A DNA stretch of 64,000 nt from Phoronis australis. Taxonomy: Eukaryota; Animalia; Phoronida. The translations under genes were made by a program, and so were the position numbers. Positions 25,523 through 37,650 of the stretch are shown here, piece by piece; the first letter of the stretch is position 1, and the number at the start of each line of letters is the position of its first letter. The stretch lies in assembly GCA_002633005.1 (NCBI GenBank), contig NMRA01000133.1, positions 834,376-898,375 of the forward strand, given 5' to 3'. Below the pieces are notes generated by a model. It saw nothing but the letters and a program-made list of their open reading frames with translations, ran no database searches and had not been told where the DNA came from.

Positions 25523-25947
25523 ATGAGATTCCTCATTCTATGATTGTCTAAGCTGAATGACATGAGATTCCTCATTCTATGATTGTCCAAGTTGAATGAC
25601 ATGAGATTCCCCAGTTGTCCAAGCTGAATGACATGAGATTCCTCATTCTATGATTGTCCAAGTTGAATGACATGAGATTCCTCATTCTATGATTGTCCAA
25701 GCTGAATGACAGGAGATTCCTCATTCTATGGTTGTCCAAGCTGAATGACACAAGATTCCTCATTCTATGATTGTCCAAGCTGAATGACATGAGATTCCTC
25801 ATTCTATAATTGTTCAAGCTGAATGACATGAGATTCCTCATTCTATGATTGTCCAAGTTGAATGACATGAGATTCCTCATTCTATGATTGTCCAAGCTGA
25901 ATGACATGAGATTCCTCATTCTATGATTGTCCAAGCTGAATGACATG
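25523..25947. repeat. 39-bp minisatellite, ~11 copies
   Basis: ATGAGATTCCTCATTCTATGATTGTCCAAGCTGAATGAC repeated, with one internally deleted unit. Confidence 0.97.
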
Positions 25948-28900
25948 GAACCTGGCTATTTAATGGTAAAAATAATTCTGTCCATCTCCTTCTGTGTGTG
26001 ATGCAAGATGTTTTGCGAAAACCCACCAATGCTTATCTGGTTGTAAATTGAAGATATGGAGCCACAGTATAACCGGGTAATTAGGAATAACTAAGTTTCT
26101 TCCACGAGAGCCAGCTAGACTTCTGTGCAAGAAACGGCTAGGTTTTGAAGTTGATGAAGTGCTGTGAAATGACAATTGACGGTTACTTTAATTGAGTTTT
26201 CAAATGGTGTCTGACTGGAGGAAAAGTGAAAAAAGTATTGTTTGCTACAGTTAGTACGATGAATGCTTCCACAGTAAAAGGGTGGAAGATGGCATGCTAA
26301 AAAGTTTCTGTTCCTATTGTTATTTCTCATAAATACTAAAGCTGTCTGTTAATAGTATAGGTAGGTTCCAATGTGAGTAGACATACGTTTCAATTAACTT
26401 CCTATGTTAGATGTGTGAAGTCCATGCAAACATGCCTAGCCAACATTTTTCCTCATACCGTAATTCCAATGTAAAACTTGACAAAATCGCTTTAGATTGC
26501 TAGTTCTTGTCAGCATGATAGAGCCAGAAGGAAGAATTATTGAGATACTGACAGGTACGATATCACAGGGAGAGGAACATTTACATGCTATATGTATGAA
26601 ACAAAACATTAGTGATAGAAATTATAAATGCAAAAATGTGCGGTGGTCACTCCGCAAACGCGTCCTAGTCTCTCAATAACTTTTTACAGTTGCAACATTT
26701 AGCAAGCTGACCTGTTGTGACATGTGACTTATTTTGATTTAAAAATAGATCACACACTCATTCTTCATGACGTCATCCGTGACTTTTACGTTCTTGAAAA
26801 GAAAACCTGCCGTTGTCAAGTCTCAAACAATATTTGACACAACAAGTGATGCGCTGCAATTTGCTAATGCTTGTAATGAAGTAGTAGAGATTGCTATATG
26901 AAAATAATGAAATTGAACCATATTGCATGTTGGAGAGAGCTCAACTCAGTACAGTTTTATCCCCGGGTAGTTTAATCCCGTCGGACTGGCGCACACGTCA
27001 CGAGAGTAGAAAGTTATTGAGTGATTGGGTCGTGCTTGTGGGCACTCCCTTGATAATGCCGTGGTCACCTTTGTCAGTGTGCCTTTTCTGGTCAGCTCTC
27101 CCATTGTAGCTGCACAGCACTGGTTAATATTTGAATAACTATGCCTGCGGTGGTATTTTTTAATGCTTTCCATTTTGCAATTCCATTGTGATAGACCGTC
27201 CTGAGTAACCAGAATCTACTAATTGGTTGAAATTCCTGCCGTACCATTGAAATTCCAAAATTCTGATCAATGCATCTCTGGGATTCACAAAAGGTAGTTT
27301 CCCTAACTTTCTTGATGTAATTATTATTATTAATTGTCCATACAACATGAGCAGATATTAGAGTATTCAAATTAGTGCCCTGTGCTCAGTTTATCATATG
27401 AAGTTCTGAAAATTTCATGAAGGTCATTTTGTGTTGTGCCGTGTTAAATCTTCAAAACTGACTATGCATGGCATTTGTATTTCAGCTATCTGGGTTTGTC
27501 CCCTGTTATTCCTAAACAGCTCCTCATATTAATCTAATACTTTGCCCCAATATACAAACCATGTATTATCAGGGAAACATCTCATTATCATAAATTTAAA
27601 CACATGCCCTGCATAGCTATGGGGATGTCCTAACACAACCATTTTGCACACTTATATGTGTCATATTTCAACAATGCCAAGTCTTCAGCAACTACCAATG
27701 CTAATAAATCTAAATATTTCTCTTAATCCAGCAATGCTTGTAATGTTGTGTGCAGCTTGAATCACCTAGTGCTCATCTTCCATTCAAAGTTTCAAATGCA
27801 AATGCCACCNAAAGTGGTTTTCTACTGCTATATACATGTAATTTCCCTGTTTCTCATTAAAAGTGCAGTCTGTTGGGTTTGAGGTGGTCATCAGTTTCAC
27901 ACACAACTCTGGACTTCTTATTATTTGGTCTGGACAGCAAAGAAGTCTGATGGAGGTCAAACATTGAGGTATTCTAAAACAGCATGGCATATTGTGGACC
28001 ATTTAGTCTTACATTAGATTAGAAAACTTACAAAATTACTGCTTGTTTCTAATTTTGTTTGTTAAACCAGCCTTTCTTTCCAGACCTGCCTGGGGGCTAA
28101 TTATTAGAATCATGAAATGAGTAACTCCGATAAATAGGTCTAAAAATTTTCTTCATTCAATGGTACCATTTGGTCTCTACTTTCAAAATGAATCTGCAGA
28201 TCACCAACTAATTTGAAGCTGCCCAGTCTTATAAAGGGTGGTCATCCCTTTCATAAAACATAAATGTCCTTTTAAAGCTGCATTAAACTTATGCTTTCTG
28301 TCAAAATAAATTCTGTAATGTCAGTTACCGTTATAATTTTGGTTTTATGTTTTTTACTCAGTTTAAAAGTCATCTCTGGGTTGGAGAAGAACCAACCTAA
28401 AATATTTCAGATCACACCATAGTTATAGTTCTTTTGAAGCCATTAAATAACCTCTAATTTGTCTAAGAAACAATTTGAGATCAACTTTATACTGGTAAGT
28501 GGCCTATCTCAAAAATTGTATTTATTTTAACCAAAAACATTGTTTAATGCATCTTTTACCTGGCAATGCCCTAAAATTTGTGCCAATTTTAGGTGGTTTA
28601 TAAGTTGGAAATGTCCCTTTAAGTAAAGTGTCTGTTTCAGAATACTACTGAACATGTCAATCTGTTTAACCTTTCAGTTAACTGCCTTACAGGTCTTAAG
28701 CCTTTGTGTTCTGACTTAAGAGTTTTGGTTTACTTTTTAAAAACAGATGTACAATTTTTTGGTTAATGTAAGTGAAAGTAGCCTAATCAACACCATAGTT
28801 GTTAACATCGTTTTGCTGCCTTGTTAGGGAAAACAACTGTAAAACTGTCTACACTATAAATAACTTGCACTTTTTATGTGTGGGTGAATTCACTGTGTTG

Positions 28901-29136
28901 TTCATTGGTTCTTTAAATACTGTTTCTCGGTCACATCTGTTGTTTTTACTGGCTCACACGAGGTAATAGGATTACAGCTAAATGGGGATTAACTTGTTTC
29001 TTACAGGACAGTAGTATTAGTCAAACTGTGGGATCATTTTTGTGATGTTGGTTGCCATGACATTTTCTGTGAAAACATGTCTACAGTACGAGCCAAAAGT
29101 AATCGGACAAAATGACCTGGAATTCCCCCTCATAGA

Positions 29137-29206
29137 GAGAGGGAGGGACGGAGGGACGGAGGGAGGGAGGGGGGAGGCAGGGAGGGATGGAGGGAGGATG
29201 GGAGGG
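29137..29206. repeat. GGGA/GGA purine-rich simple repeat
   Basis: GGGAGGGACGGAGGGACGGAGGGAGGGAGGGGGGAGG... Confidence 0.85.
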
Positions 29207-30318
29207 TCTCCTCAACAGCCTCTTCAATGGCAGAATGATAGAAGCTGAATTCATCATCAAAGTAATCTTCCCATATGTTTGAGAGTGAAGGGAAATTACT
29301 GGAAAGTTGTTAAAATGGCAAAGTCATTCTGTAATAGAATTTTTGCTGCCCTATTTGTGAGCAGTTTTATTTTGCTGTTAACTGAGTTAGCTGCCATGAT
29401 CATTTGATTACTTTTGTCTTGTACTGGAGCTGTATTGTTTGATTACTTTTGTCTTTTACTGTATAAGAAAAGACACAGATACCATAAAACAGGCTTACTC
29501 TCTATTTTCTATAACTGAAATGAGCAAAGTAGATAGTAAATTATGTACTGGGTCAGACTTTAAGGTGCTTGGGAGTGTAGACACATTATTGAGACAACCT
29601 TTGAAAATTTTTTGCTTTCACAATATTAATAATATAACTATTACTCAGGCTTCTAACTATAATAATCATTTTATGGTGTTTATGGTGATGACAACAGACA
29701 TCACACTACAATAATCATAAGTGTTGGTGTTTTTATTATTATTATATAAAGCTTTAAAACCCATTGGTACCAATTGAAATACACCTAATTTTTTGAAATT
29801 TATGAAGTTTCCATCCATCTTTTGGATTCCTAGTTGCCATTTGTTTAGCCAGAGCTTCATGACATTTCTTTGTCATATCAGTTATGTATTTATGTAAATG
29901 CAGCGACTGTGATATTTACAAAATGATTTCATGGATGAACACACAACCCCCTGGCAATAGACATGCTTGATGCTATTCAAATAATTAATGGTAAGTAAAT
30001 GCATGATAACATCATTCTTTACTAGCATATGATAATCCAGCAAACTATAAATATCATGAGACAGTGATATCATGAAATCTGTTTATACGTCACCATTATT
30101 TCTTTGTGTAGGAAGTTTCAAGGGGAATAGTGACATTAACTTTTGTGGCCAAATGCCATTTGACATATGTAGGCCTAGTGCGGTTTTATTATGACTACGG
30201 GAACACAACAAAAACATCAGGTAACTTCCTACTTTATCGTTTGGTGATTAATTGTTTTGCATTGCAGATCTTATGTCTTGGCATGAATAAATGGCTGTAT
30301 GTGTGATACTACGTAAAC

Positions 30319-30773
30319 ATGGAGAAGATATTGGAAGAGCCCTCATCTACTGAACAGAACAGCCCTAGACGCAAAAGATCTTTGAAAATTAATATGCCTT
30401 GGACAACATTGACGGAGGAGGAAAGAAACTTAGGAATTTACGAGGACAATGCAGATTGTGAGGATTTGTCCGACTCAGATGATGATGATAGTTGTTATGG
30501 AGATGAAGAATACTATGTGGGTAACCACGGCAACAGTGTTCATTTTAAAGACCATTCAGACATCCATAAGGACAAACCAAAATTTCAGAAACTCGATTTG
30601 AGTAGTTTGACTGTTCCACCTCTTGATTTTGATATGGGGGCAACTGATCTTAAGCTGCGGGACACTGACAGTTTGGATGTCATGATCTCTGGTGTTAGAG
30701 GAGGAAAGACAAGCACCCCTACAAATACAGAATACTCGGAAATCTCAGAACTCAGGGAAATTGAATACGACGG
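30319..30773 (+). CDS. First coding exon of an uncharacterised ~528-aa protein (gene 2)
   Basis: AACATGG start in good Kozak context. 152-aa acidic ORF ending GG|GTAAGT (phase 2). Upstream acceptor ttgcAG at 30266-30267. Confidence 0.8.
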
Positions 30774-32699
30774 GTAAGTCCATGCGATGTTTGAAAAATT
30801 AGGCCAATGATAAAAATTCCTCAAATTTGAACAAAAATAATAATTGTCCTTTCCATGTTTAAAAGCATTACTAAATTTTACGATAAAATCTCATTAATTT
30901 AGGACAATGTGAAAGACAAGTGAAATTTTATTTATTTCATATTTTCATAAAAGGTATTTATTGACAATATTGATTTTGGCCCAGGTAAGTAGTAAAAAAC
31001 TCAGCATAATTTTTGTTAACATTCGGTATTTACATAATATATACAGCATCAAATTTATGCTTTACCAAGTTCAAGTTCTGTTCTACAGCTAAAAATTGTT
31101 GGCACTCAGAACAACATTAGACCTTTAAAAAATGAAAAAAGGGAAATTTTTGGCAATTGTTTTTGTCTGAAATTGTTAAGGTTTTACCATACTCGGAATT
31201 TCCCCCTGTGTTGGTTGTGTTGCAACGATTCAACAACTTGTCGTTGCCATTGTCGTTTAAGAAAAACATAGAATCAAAGTAGATTCCGATGCAGTAAAAT
31301 TTTGTGATTTTGCCGAAATGTTCACGTTGATGAGGCGATGGCACCTCCCACACCTCGGCATCACACAGATCTTTGTGTGGTAGCGAAAAATATCATCATC
31401 AGATGTTAACCAGAGAAATAGAACATCGGTGTTTCATTACATAAACCTTTTATGTGAGCTTTAATCCAGATGACAGTGATTTCCAAATCGAGGCTAAATC
31501 TAAATATCAATATGTTAAGCGTTGCTGCTGTCTTTTTTCTGCCATGGCGGCTTGCAGGCCAATTATCTACCTTGACGCAAATAGTTACTCAAACGGATAC
31601 CGGAGAACCCAAACCTATTGCATCAAATTTGGGTATTTTTTATCAAATTTGCTCTAGTAAAAATGATTCTAACCTAACCTTTCTCGAGGAATTTAATTTA
31701 AGAAGTCAAACACTTCGAAAAATCTCCAGTTTTTTTTCAGGAAATATTAAGTTTATTTTAGCCAGTGTAATATTTCTGCTAAGCCATCGTTAATGCAGTA
31801 ATTGTTCTGCTCCACACAAAAGGACCTGTCGACAGATCAGCGGTCTTGATAAGCAAGCTTCTTGATGACAGCCGCTGTTGTAATAATTTAGTAACTATGT
31901 ATAAGATATTGTGAAAGGTGGGGTGTCCAGTTTCTAATGTCATCCAGTCTCCTTGCCAATCATAGGGAACAGCCTTTTCAGTATTTAGTGATAATGTCAT
32001 TACATCGAGCCTTGAATCAGAAACGGAATCCGATTCAGATTCAGAAAAATTTTCTGCTTCCCTGCACCCTTCATCAGTTAACCTTTCGCATACATTTCAG
32101 TGAGAATTTGTACATTTTTACCAGAGAGCCCCACCAGAGCAACATGTCGCCATACCAAAAGCTTTCGGCTCCAATCCTTCATGTACCCAATGCTGGTCTA
32201 TTTTTAGAGTTGGTGAGGCTTCATCAAGGTTTTGTAAGACCCTAGAAAAATGACTAAATTTGGCTAAATTGGGAATATCATATCTTAGAAATGGCCGACT
32301 CAGGGTTCATATGAAAGTTTCAGGTTCTATGCCTTATACACTGTTCTCTAAAGCGCCGTTAGAAATTATTTTTAAAATGTCACAATTTTACATGATGGCG
32401 TATCAAAAATAGGACTTATTATTTTGATGAAAAAATAACGGTTGCATGAAAATGAAACAAAATAAGTTAGATCTGCGTTTTTGAGATTTCATCTTTGAAA
32501 GATGAAAAACATTTATATGAATCGAAATTGATTTTGTTGTTTTTCTATGCAGGTACTTTTCATGGTCATGTGATCCAATTCATGGTCATGTGATCTGATT
32601 CATGGTCATGTGATCTGATTCGTGGTAGATTGTTATTAAGTCATACATAAAATTTTACAGTCTTTGTACATCAGAAAATGTATATTTTCACTGAGTTAA

Positions 32700-33044
32700 C
32701 ATAAAGCTTGATACTGAGTCGCTTGCAGTGTCGAAACAATCTCCTTTCTTCTGGTGTGCAGCTATTTAGCAAAACACCGAGAGACATAACAAACAAATTA
32801 AAACACTAGCTATATTTCGAGACTGCATGTCTTATCATCAGCCAATAAGTGAAATGAACATTATATGTAGCGTAATAAACAATGAAATACACATGACAGC
32901 GAGAAGAAGTGCATACAAGCAGAGAATGTGAAAGAAACGAGATTGTTTTGACACTACGAGCGACTAAGTATCAAGCTTTCAAACAAAAAGTTTAGTCGCG
33001 TTTTCAACAAAGTTTGTGTTAACAAAGGGCTGCTACCAAACTGA
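32700..33044 (-). mobile_element. Penelope-like short insertion with internal inverted repeat and degenerate hammerhead-like core
   Basis: 14-bp flanking direct repeat TTTCACTGAGTTAA (32686-32699 and 33045-33058). ~48-bp inverted repeat (~32703-32750 / ~32932-32979). Minus-strand CTGATGA-T-AAGAC-atgca-GTCTC-GAAA at 32841-32815. Confidence 0.6.
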
Positions 33045-33416
33045 TTTCACTGAGTTAAAGTATAAATACACATACTTGTCCATAAAGTCATACATAACAT
33101 TAAGTCATAAGTAGCGGCAAACAAATCAGGTCAAAATTGTAAAACCTAAAATTTCAAGAAAACGTGACAACTGCCTTGGGTTTTTCGACAAGCATCTGTA
33201 ACCACAGCTAATAATTTCTTCCGCCCTACCCCACTTTTGGGGCCACAGTGATTACAAGTATTGCGATTTACCCTAGAACAGGTTACCCTACCTTGATAAT
33301 CTGGACTAAGTTGTCACAAGTGGGGTAAGTTGCACTAGTTTGAATAGCGTCCTGACAGCACTCAAACCTAGCGACAACTCATTCCAGGAGTATTGTTCTA
33401 GGCTAAGTCTGTGTGT

Positions 33417-34105
33417 TATGGAAAGCCAGAGCAGAAAAAAAATCCAAGACACAAATTTTCTATTCAAGAATTAAATTCCCTGCAGAACCAAAAAATCTCA
33501 AAACCAAAATTGATCACACCAGAACCTATCATATTTCACATCAGGACCAAAATTAAACATGTCAGGACAGAAAATATATCACACCCCGGACATATAATTT
33601 CTTACAAGGAGAAAGTTTCCTTCCAGGAAAAATTTCATGCCAGGAGACGTGACAGTGTTGGTCTGCTGTGTCTTTAATACTCAACCGTATTCAAGTCCAG
33701 TGTGTCCAAGTGTACATTGGTTTCTGGTGTAAAACGTGGAAGAGACAACAGAAATTCAACCTGATTGTCGTTGTGTACCTATTACATCATCTCTTTGAGG
33801 GGCCACGTGCTTGTGGATGGTTACGTGGTCTCCAGGCATGAAATTTTCCTAACTTATGAAATTTTCCTGACATAGTAAATTTTTTGTCCTTGCGCATTAA
33901 TTTTTTGGTCCTGACATAATAAATTTTCTGTCCTGGCGTGATAAATTTTCGGTCTTTACATTTTGAATGTTGGTCCAGGGGGCATAAGTTATAGGTCATA
34001 GCATGATAAATTTTGGTGTTTAGTATAGTTTTTGGTCCTGCAGAGAACTTAACTCTTGAACAGAAAATTTGTGTCTTGGAATTTTTTCCGCTTTGGTTTC
34101 CCACA
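33417..34105. mobile_element. Foldback-type non-autonomous DNA transposon with long imperfect TIRs, IS3EU-like ends
   Basis: 33417-33648 is an inverted copy of 33828-34105. Ends TATGG...CCACA. Flanks GTGTGT / GTATGT (6 bp, 1 mismatch). Confidence 0.75.
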
Positions 34106-34716
34106 GTATGTGGAAGTCACGTTAGACTCACAAACTGCTGATTACTGTTTCTACTTCGTTAGCGTATGAATCTCTTTGTACAATAGATAGGTTCATTAGG
34201 TAGTGCAAACGTGTTGAAATTTCCAGAAGTCTTTGGAGAAATGAGCTCCAACTAGCAAGTCTTGTCATTACACTGTTATTTACAGCCCTGTTGAAATCTT
34301 AATTGAAGTCTCTTTACTGTATCATGCACTGTGTTTACGGTATTTAATTACGAATAACTTAGACGGTAACGATTTTTACGCAAATGCTAAGCTGTGAGCT
34401 ATGGTTAGGCAAAATAGAAAAATTCCTAATTGCTTACTAAAGAATGCAGTAATTGATATAATGGCTAAAAGAAGAATTTTCAATTCTCAAGTTGTAGGAT
34501 TTCTTTTTTTACTTACAGAAATTACTTGTTTTAGTCTCAATATGAAGGGAAAATGATGGTTTTGGATCCTTATTTTTTAGTCTTATGCAGTGAAAGTAAA
34601 CCAAAGTTCCCCTAATGGGAAAGCACCTTTCGATGTGCCGTGGACTTCTCTAGATACTTTAGGGTAAACGGACTGTACCATTTCTCGTTCACTTGTGTGC
34701 AGATCTTGATAGCGTA

Positions 34717-34930
34717 CAGTGTTCTCCACACTCAAAAATTCAAGCAGGTCACGTTTACAACCACTTTAAAATTTCAGACAGTTTGCAGCACGAGCATATC
34801 ATAGCAAACACACAAAAATGATGATGCTTTTTGTTCAAAATGAAAAAAAAATTGCGCTTCATGCTATTTAAACAGGTCAGAGGCAAAACACATTGTCGTG
34901 ACCTGTGAAAACAGGTCATGGAGAACACTG
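34717..34930. mobile_element. MITE with CAGTGTTCTCCA TIRs
   Basis: Perfect 12-bp inverted termini CAGTGTTCTCCA / TGGAGAACACTG. TSD unclear. Confidence 0.7.
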
Positions 34931-35543
34931 TGTAAGATATGCCTTATGATTGCATATTTAGACATAACTCCAACGTCATAAACCACAAATAGATGTCTTG
35001 CTACAACTGAGCAGTTGAGTTTATAGTATCCAGAGTTTTAGTGAAGATTTCATGGCTCAGTGCATTAGGTATATCATGTGTTTTCAAAGTTGTGGAAGCT
35101 TATAAAATAAATACCAGCATTAGTCTCTAATAACATTCAATACAAATGTGGTTTAATGATGGTATAAATGAATCACCTGAAAAGCTCTATTGAGCATAAT
35201 CACCATTGCAACAGCAGTATAAATTTCAATTGTGAAACCGTAGTGTATAACAACCCTCAGCTTTTATACTGTGGCGTTGAACACCATGGAATTCAATTGA
35301 TCGAATGAATAGGTTATAAAAAGAAAAACAAACAAGAGGGGTTATCAAAAGAATAAAAGTAGAAATAATAAACGGTTACTTTGTATCTCTAACAGTAATG
35401 TTCACGACATATCTTTATAGTTTTGGTAACCACCAGTTGCTGCTGTAGCATGCAACGCAAACACTAAACGCGTTGGACTGTACTTTGATCAGCACCAAAA
35501 TTCTCCAGTTTGCACAAGACTGTTGAAGTGGTATTTTTTTAAG

Positions 35544-35696
35544 CAATGTGATGACTGTCATGGATATTTTGAAAAAAGCCGAGCACACCCTGTCCGAGTG
35601 TAGCAGCAGTGACATGGAAGCACTGGACGTGTTTGCTGAAGATGGTTGCTTAGTAGAAACGGTGAAACCTCCCAGTCCTGTCTTCCTTGAAGATGA
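35544..35696 (+). CDS. Second coding exon of gene 2
   Basis: tttttttaAG|C...GA|GTGAGT, 153 nt, phase 2-2. Open as NVMTVMDILKKAEHTLSECSSSDMEALDVFAEDGCLVETVKPPSPVFLED. Not in the ORF track; acceptor position is less certain. Confidence 0.65.
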
Positions 35697-37493
35697 GTGA
35701 GTTATAAAGCTATGTGTGATGAGTAATTTCTATTATGGGAATTGATATGCAAAATGTTCAAGATGTTTTGTACCCTGTTCAAGTAAGTTGGTCAAAAACT
35801 AAAATCCATTTGTGTATTAATCTCATAAAATCAGTTTTATGATATTCCTTGCTGTGATAGGATTTTATTTCCATTATCAACAAGAACATCAAAATCTACA
35901 GCAAGTCAAGAAAATGCATCACGGTGAGGAACGTTATGAGACATAGTGTATGAAAGTAAAAGGCCTACGTTAATTTGACATTCATTCTTTAGCCAGCTAA
36001 ACAAGTCAAATGCAGCTTTGAAGATGACATCAACCAAAAATTTTTGGTGGAAATCCATTAATCTCTTTCTGGCCTAATACTGGTGCTCACATTCAACATT
36101 CTTGTTTTGGTGTAATTATTTTGCTTACATTTATTCCAAATACAATAGTAAGTGGACTCTCACAGACATGATTGTTACTTGATGTGATACCAAAATGAAT
36201 ACCGTGTGATGTCAGTAACTGAATCGGGCGCTTACACTTCTCGTTTCCATCTCAAAGTTAGCTGCCATTGTGTTATTTGTTCATTGAGTTAACCCAAATA
36301 GCCTAATGATTATCGAGTATCTTTGATATTCTCTTGATGTCGACATTAATAAGCCAGGTGTCGTCACGCACTGCTGTGCTCTGTTTCAGTTGGTAGGTAG
36401 CCTGGAAAAATTAACATATTTGATGACATCCACATGACTAATGACCACCTGCGTTGCACAATTATTTATTATTAGAAGTCCACGTGTAGTGGAGAACGAA
36501 GTAGTTAGAACAAAGTAGTTATGACGCCAACGTTGACCAAAATATCACCTAAGAATCAATCTTACGTCATGCCCTTGATACCTAAGAAGTGTGGAAAGCT
36601 TTTTATTGGCTTCACTCCACACAGCTAATTGTGCACCACTGTTGAAAATTACATCACCATAGTGATAGTGTGACTTTCCCAATTAGTGTCATCTATAGAT
36701 TGCCTTGAGTACGAAGTTTAAAATCAGTGCAAAATACGTATAAAATAAAGACATATTAATCGACATTTCAGTTATTATCACTGAACCATTCTCAAGACAA
36801 ATGCCTCAACCAAAACATCAACCAATACAATGTCTTTGTTTAGGGTATGCACTGATTTGTAAGTTTGTTCTCATATTTTGAGCAAAAACAATTTCTTCCA
36901 TTGTGCCATGTCCTCCACATTTTCTGCCTCTGCTTTGATCATTGCCACCACTCTGTCTATGTTTGGTTAGATTGGAACAAGTACACCTTGGGCAGATGTA
37001 GTGTTCCTACAGGCCTCATCTGAGTGTTGAAAGCCAATGTACACAGTCTCACTCAACAATCTTAATTAAATGGTGCACTATCAGTGCTGATAATGAAAAG
37101 GTATTCGTGAATGGGAGCCTGCATCCTTTATAACCAAAAAATAATATCGTGGTATAGAAATGGCATATGTAGAGGACTCTACAAACTGGTCCTCACTGTG
37201 TTCCTCACTCATAGTTACCTGTATTTCTACTTAGTTACCTATCATTAGCTGATGTTTATCAAAAATTTATTCAAGTGCTGAAATGTCAGTGCCTCAGCAG
37301 TCAAAGACTTAAATTCCAGTTTACATTTTTGTTTCAATCCCATCACCATACATTTTACTAGTACTTCATTACAAGCTCTGCATTTAGCTTATAATTAGAT
37401 GAGGTGTCAGGTGACAATGAAGGTAATTTTCTCACTCTGTTCAGAAGAGCTAGTTGTTATTTCCCAACCACGTAAGAATAGGAAGATTATATA

Positions 37494-37650
37494 TCACTGG
37501 GCAGGGGCGGTAGGAGGTGTCGATTACTGGTAGGGGATGTAAATCACTGGGCAGGAGTGTTAGGGATGTAGATTACTGGACAGGGGCAGTAACGGGGATG
37601 TGGGTCAGTAACGGGGATGTGGATGATTGGACTGCGGAGTTAGGGAGGTA
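37494..37650. repeat. Degenerate G-rich tandem repeat
   Basis: Recurring CACTGGGCAGG / GGGGATGT / GATTACTGG blocks. Confidence 0.7.

Noticed and set aside
25572-25946. 124-aa ORF of MSFSLDNHRMRNL repeats as a peptide precursor
   Set aside because: It is the translation of a 39-bp minisatellite. There is no signal peptide or dibasic cleavage site, and a deleted unit shifts the frame.
27810-27810. Single N
   Set aside because: Ambiguity or collapsed-gap marker; distances across it are unreliable and it is not a biological feature.
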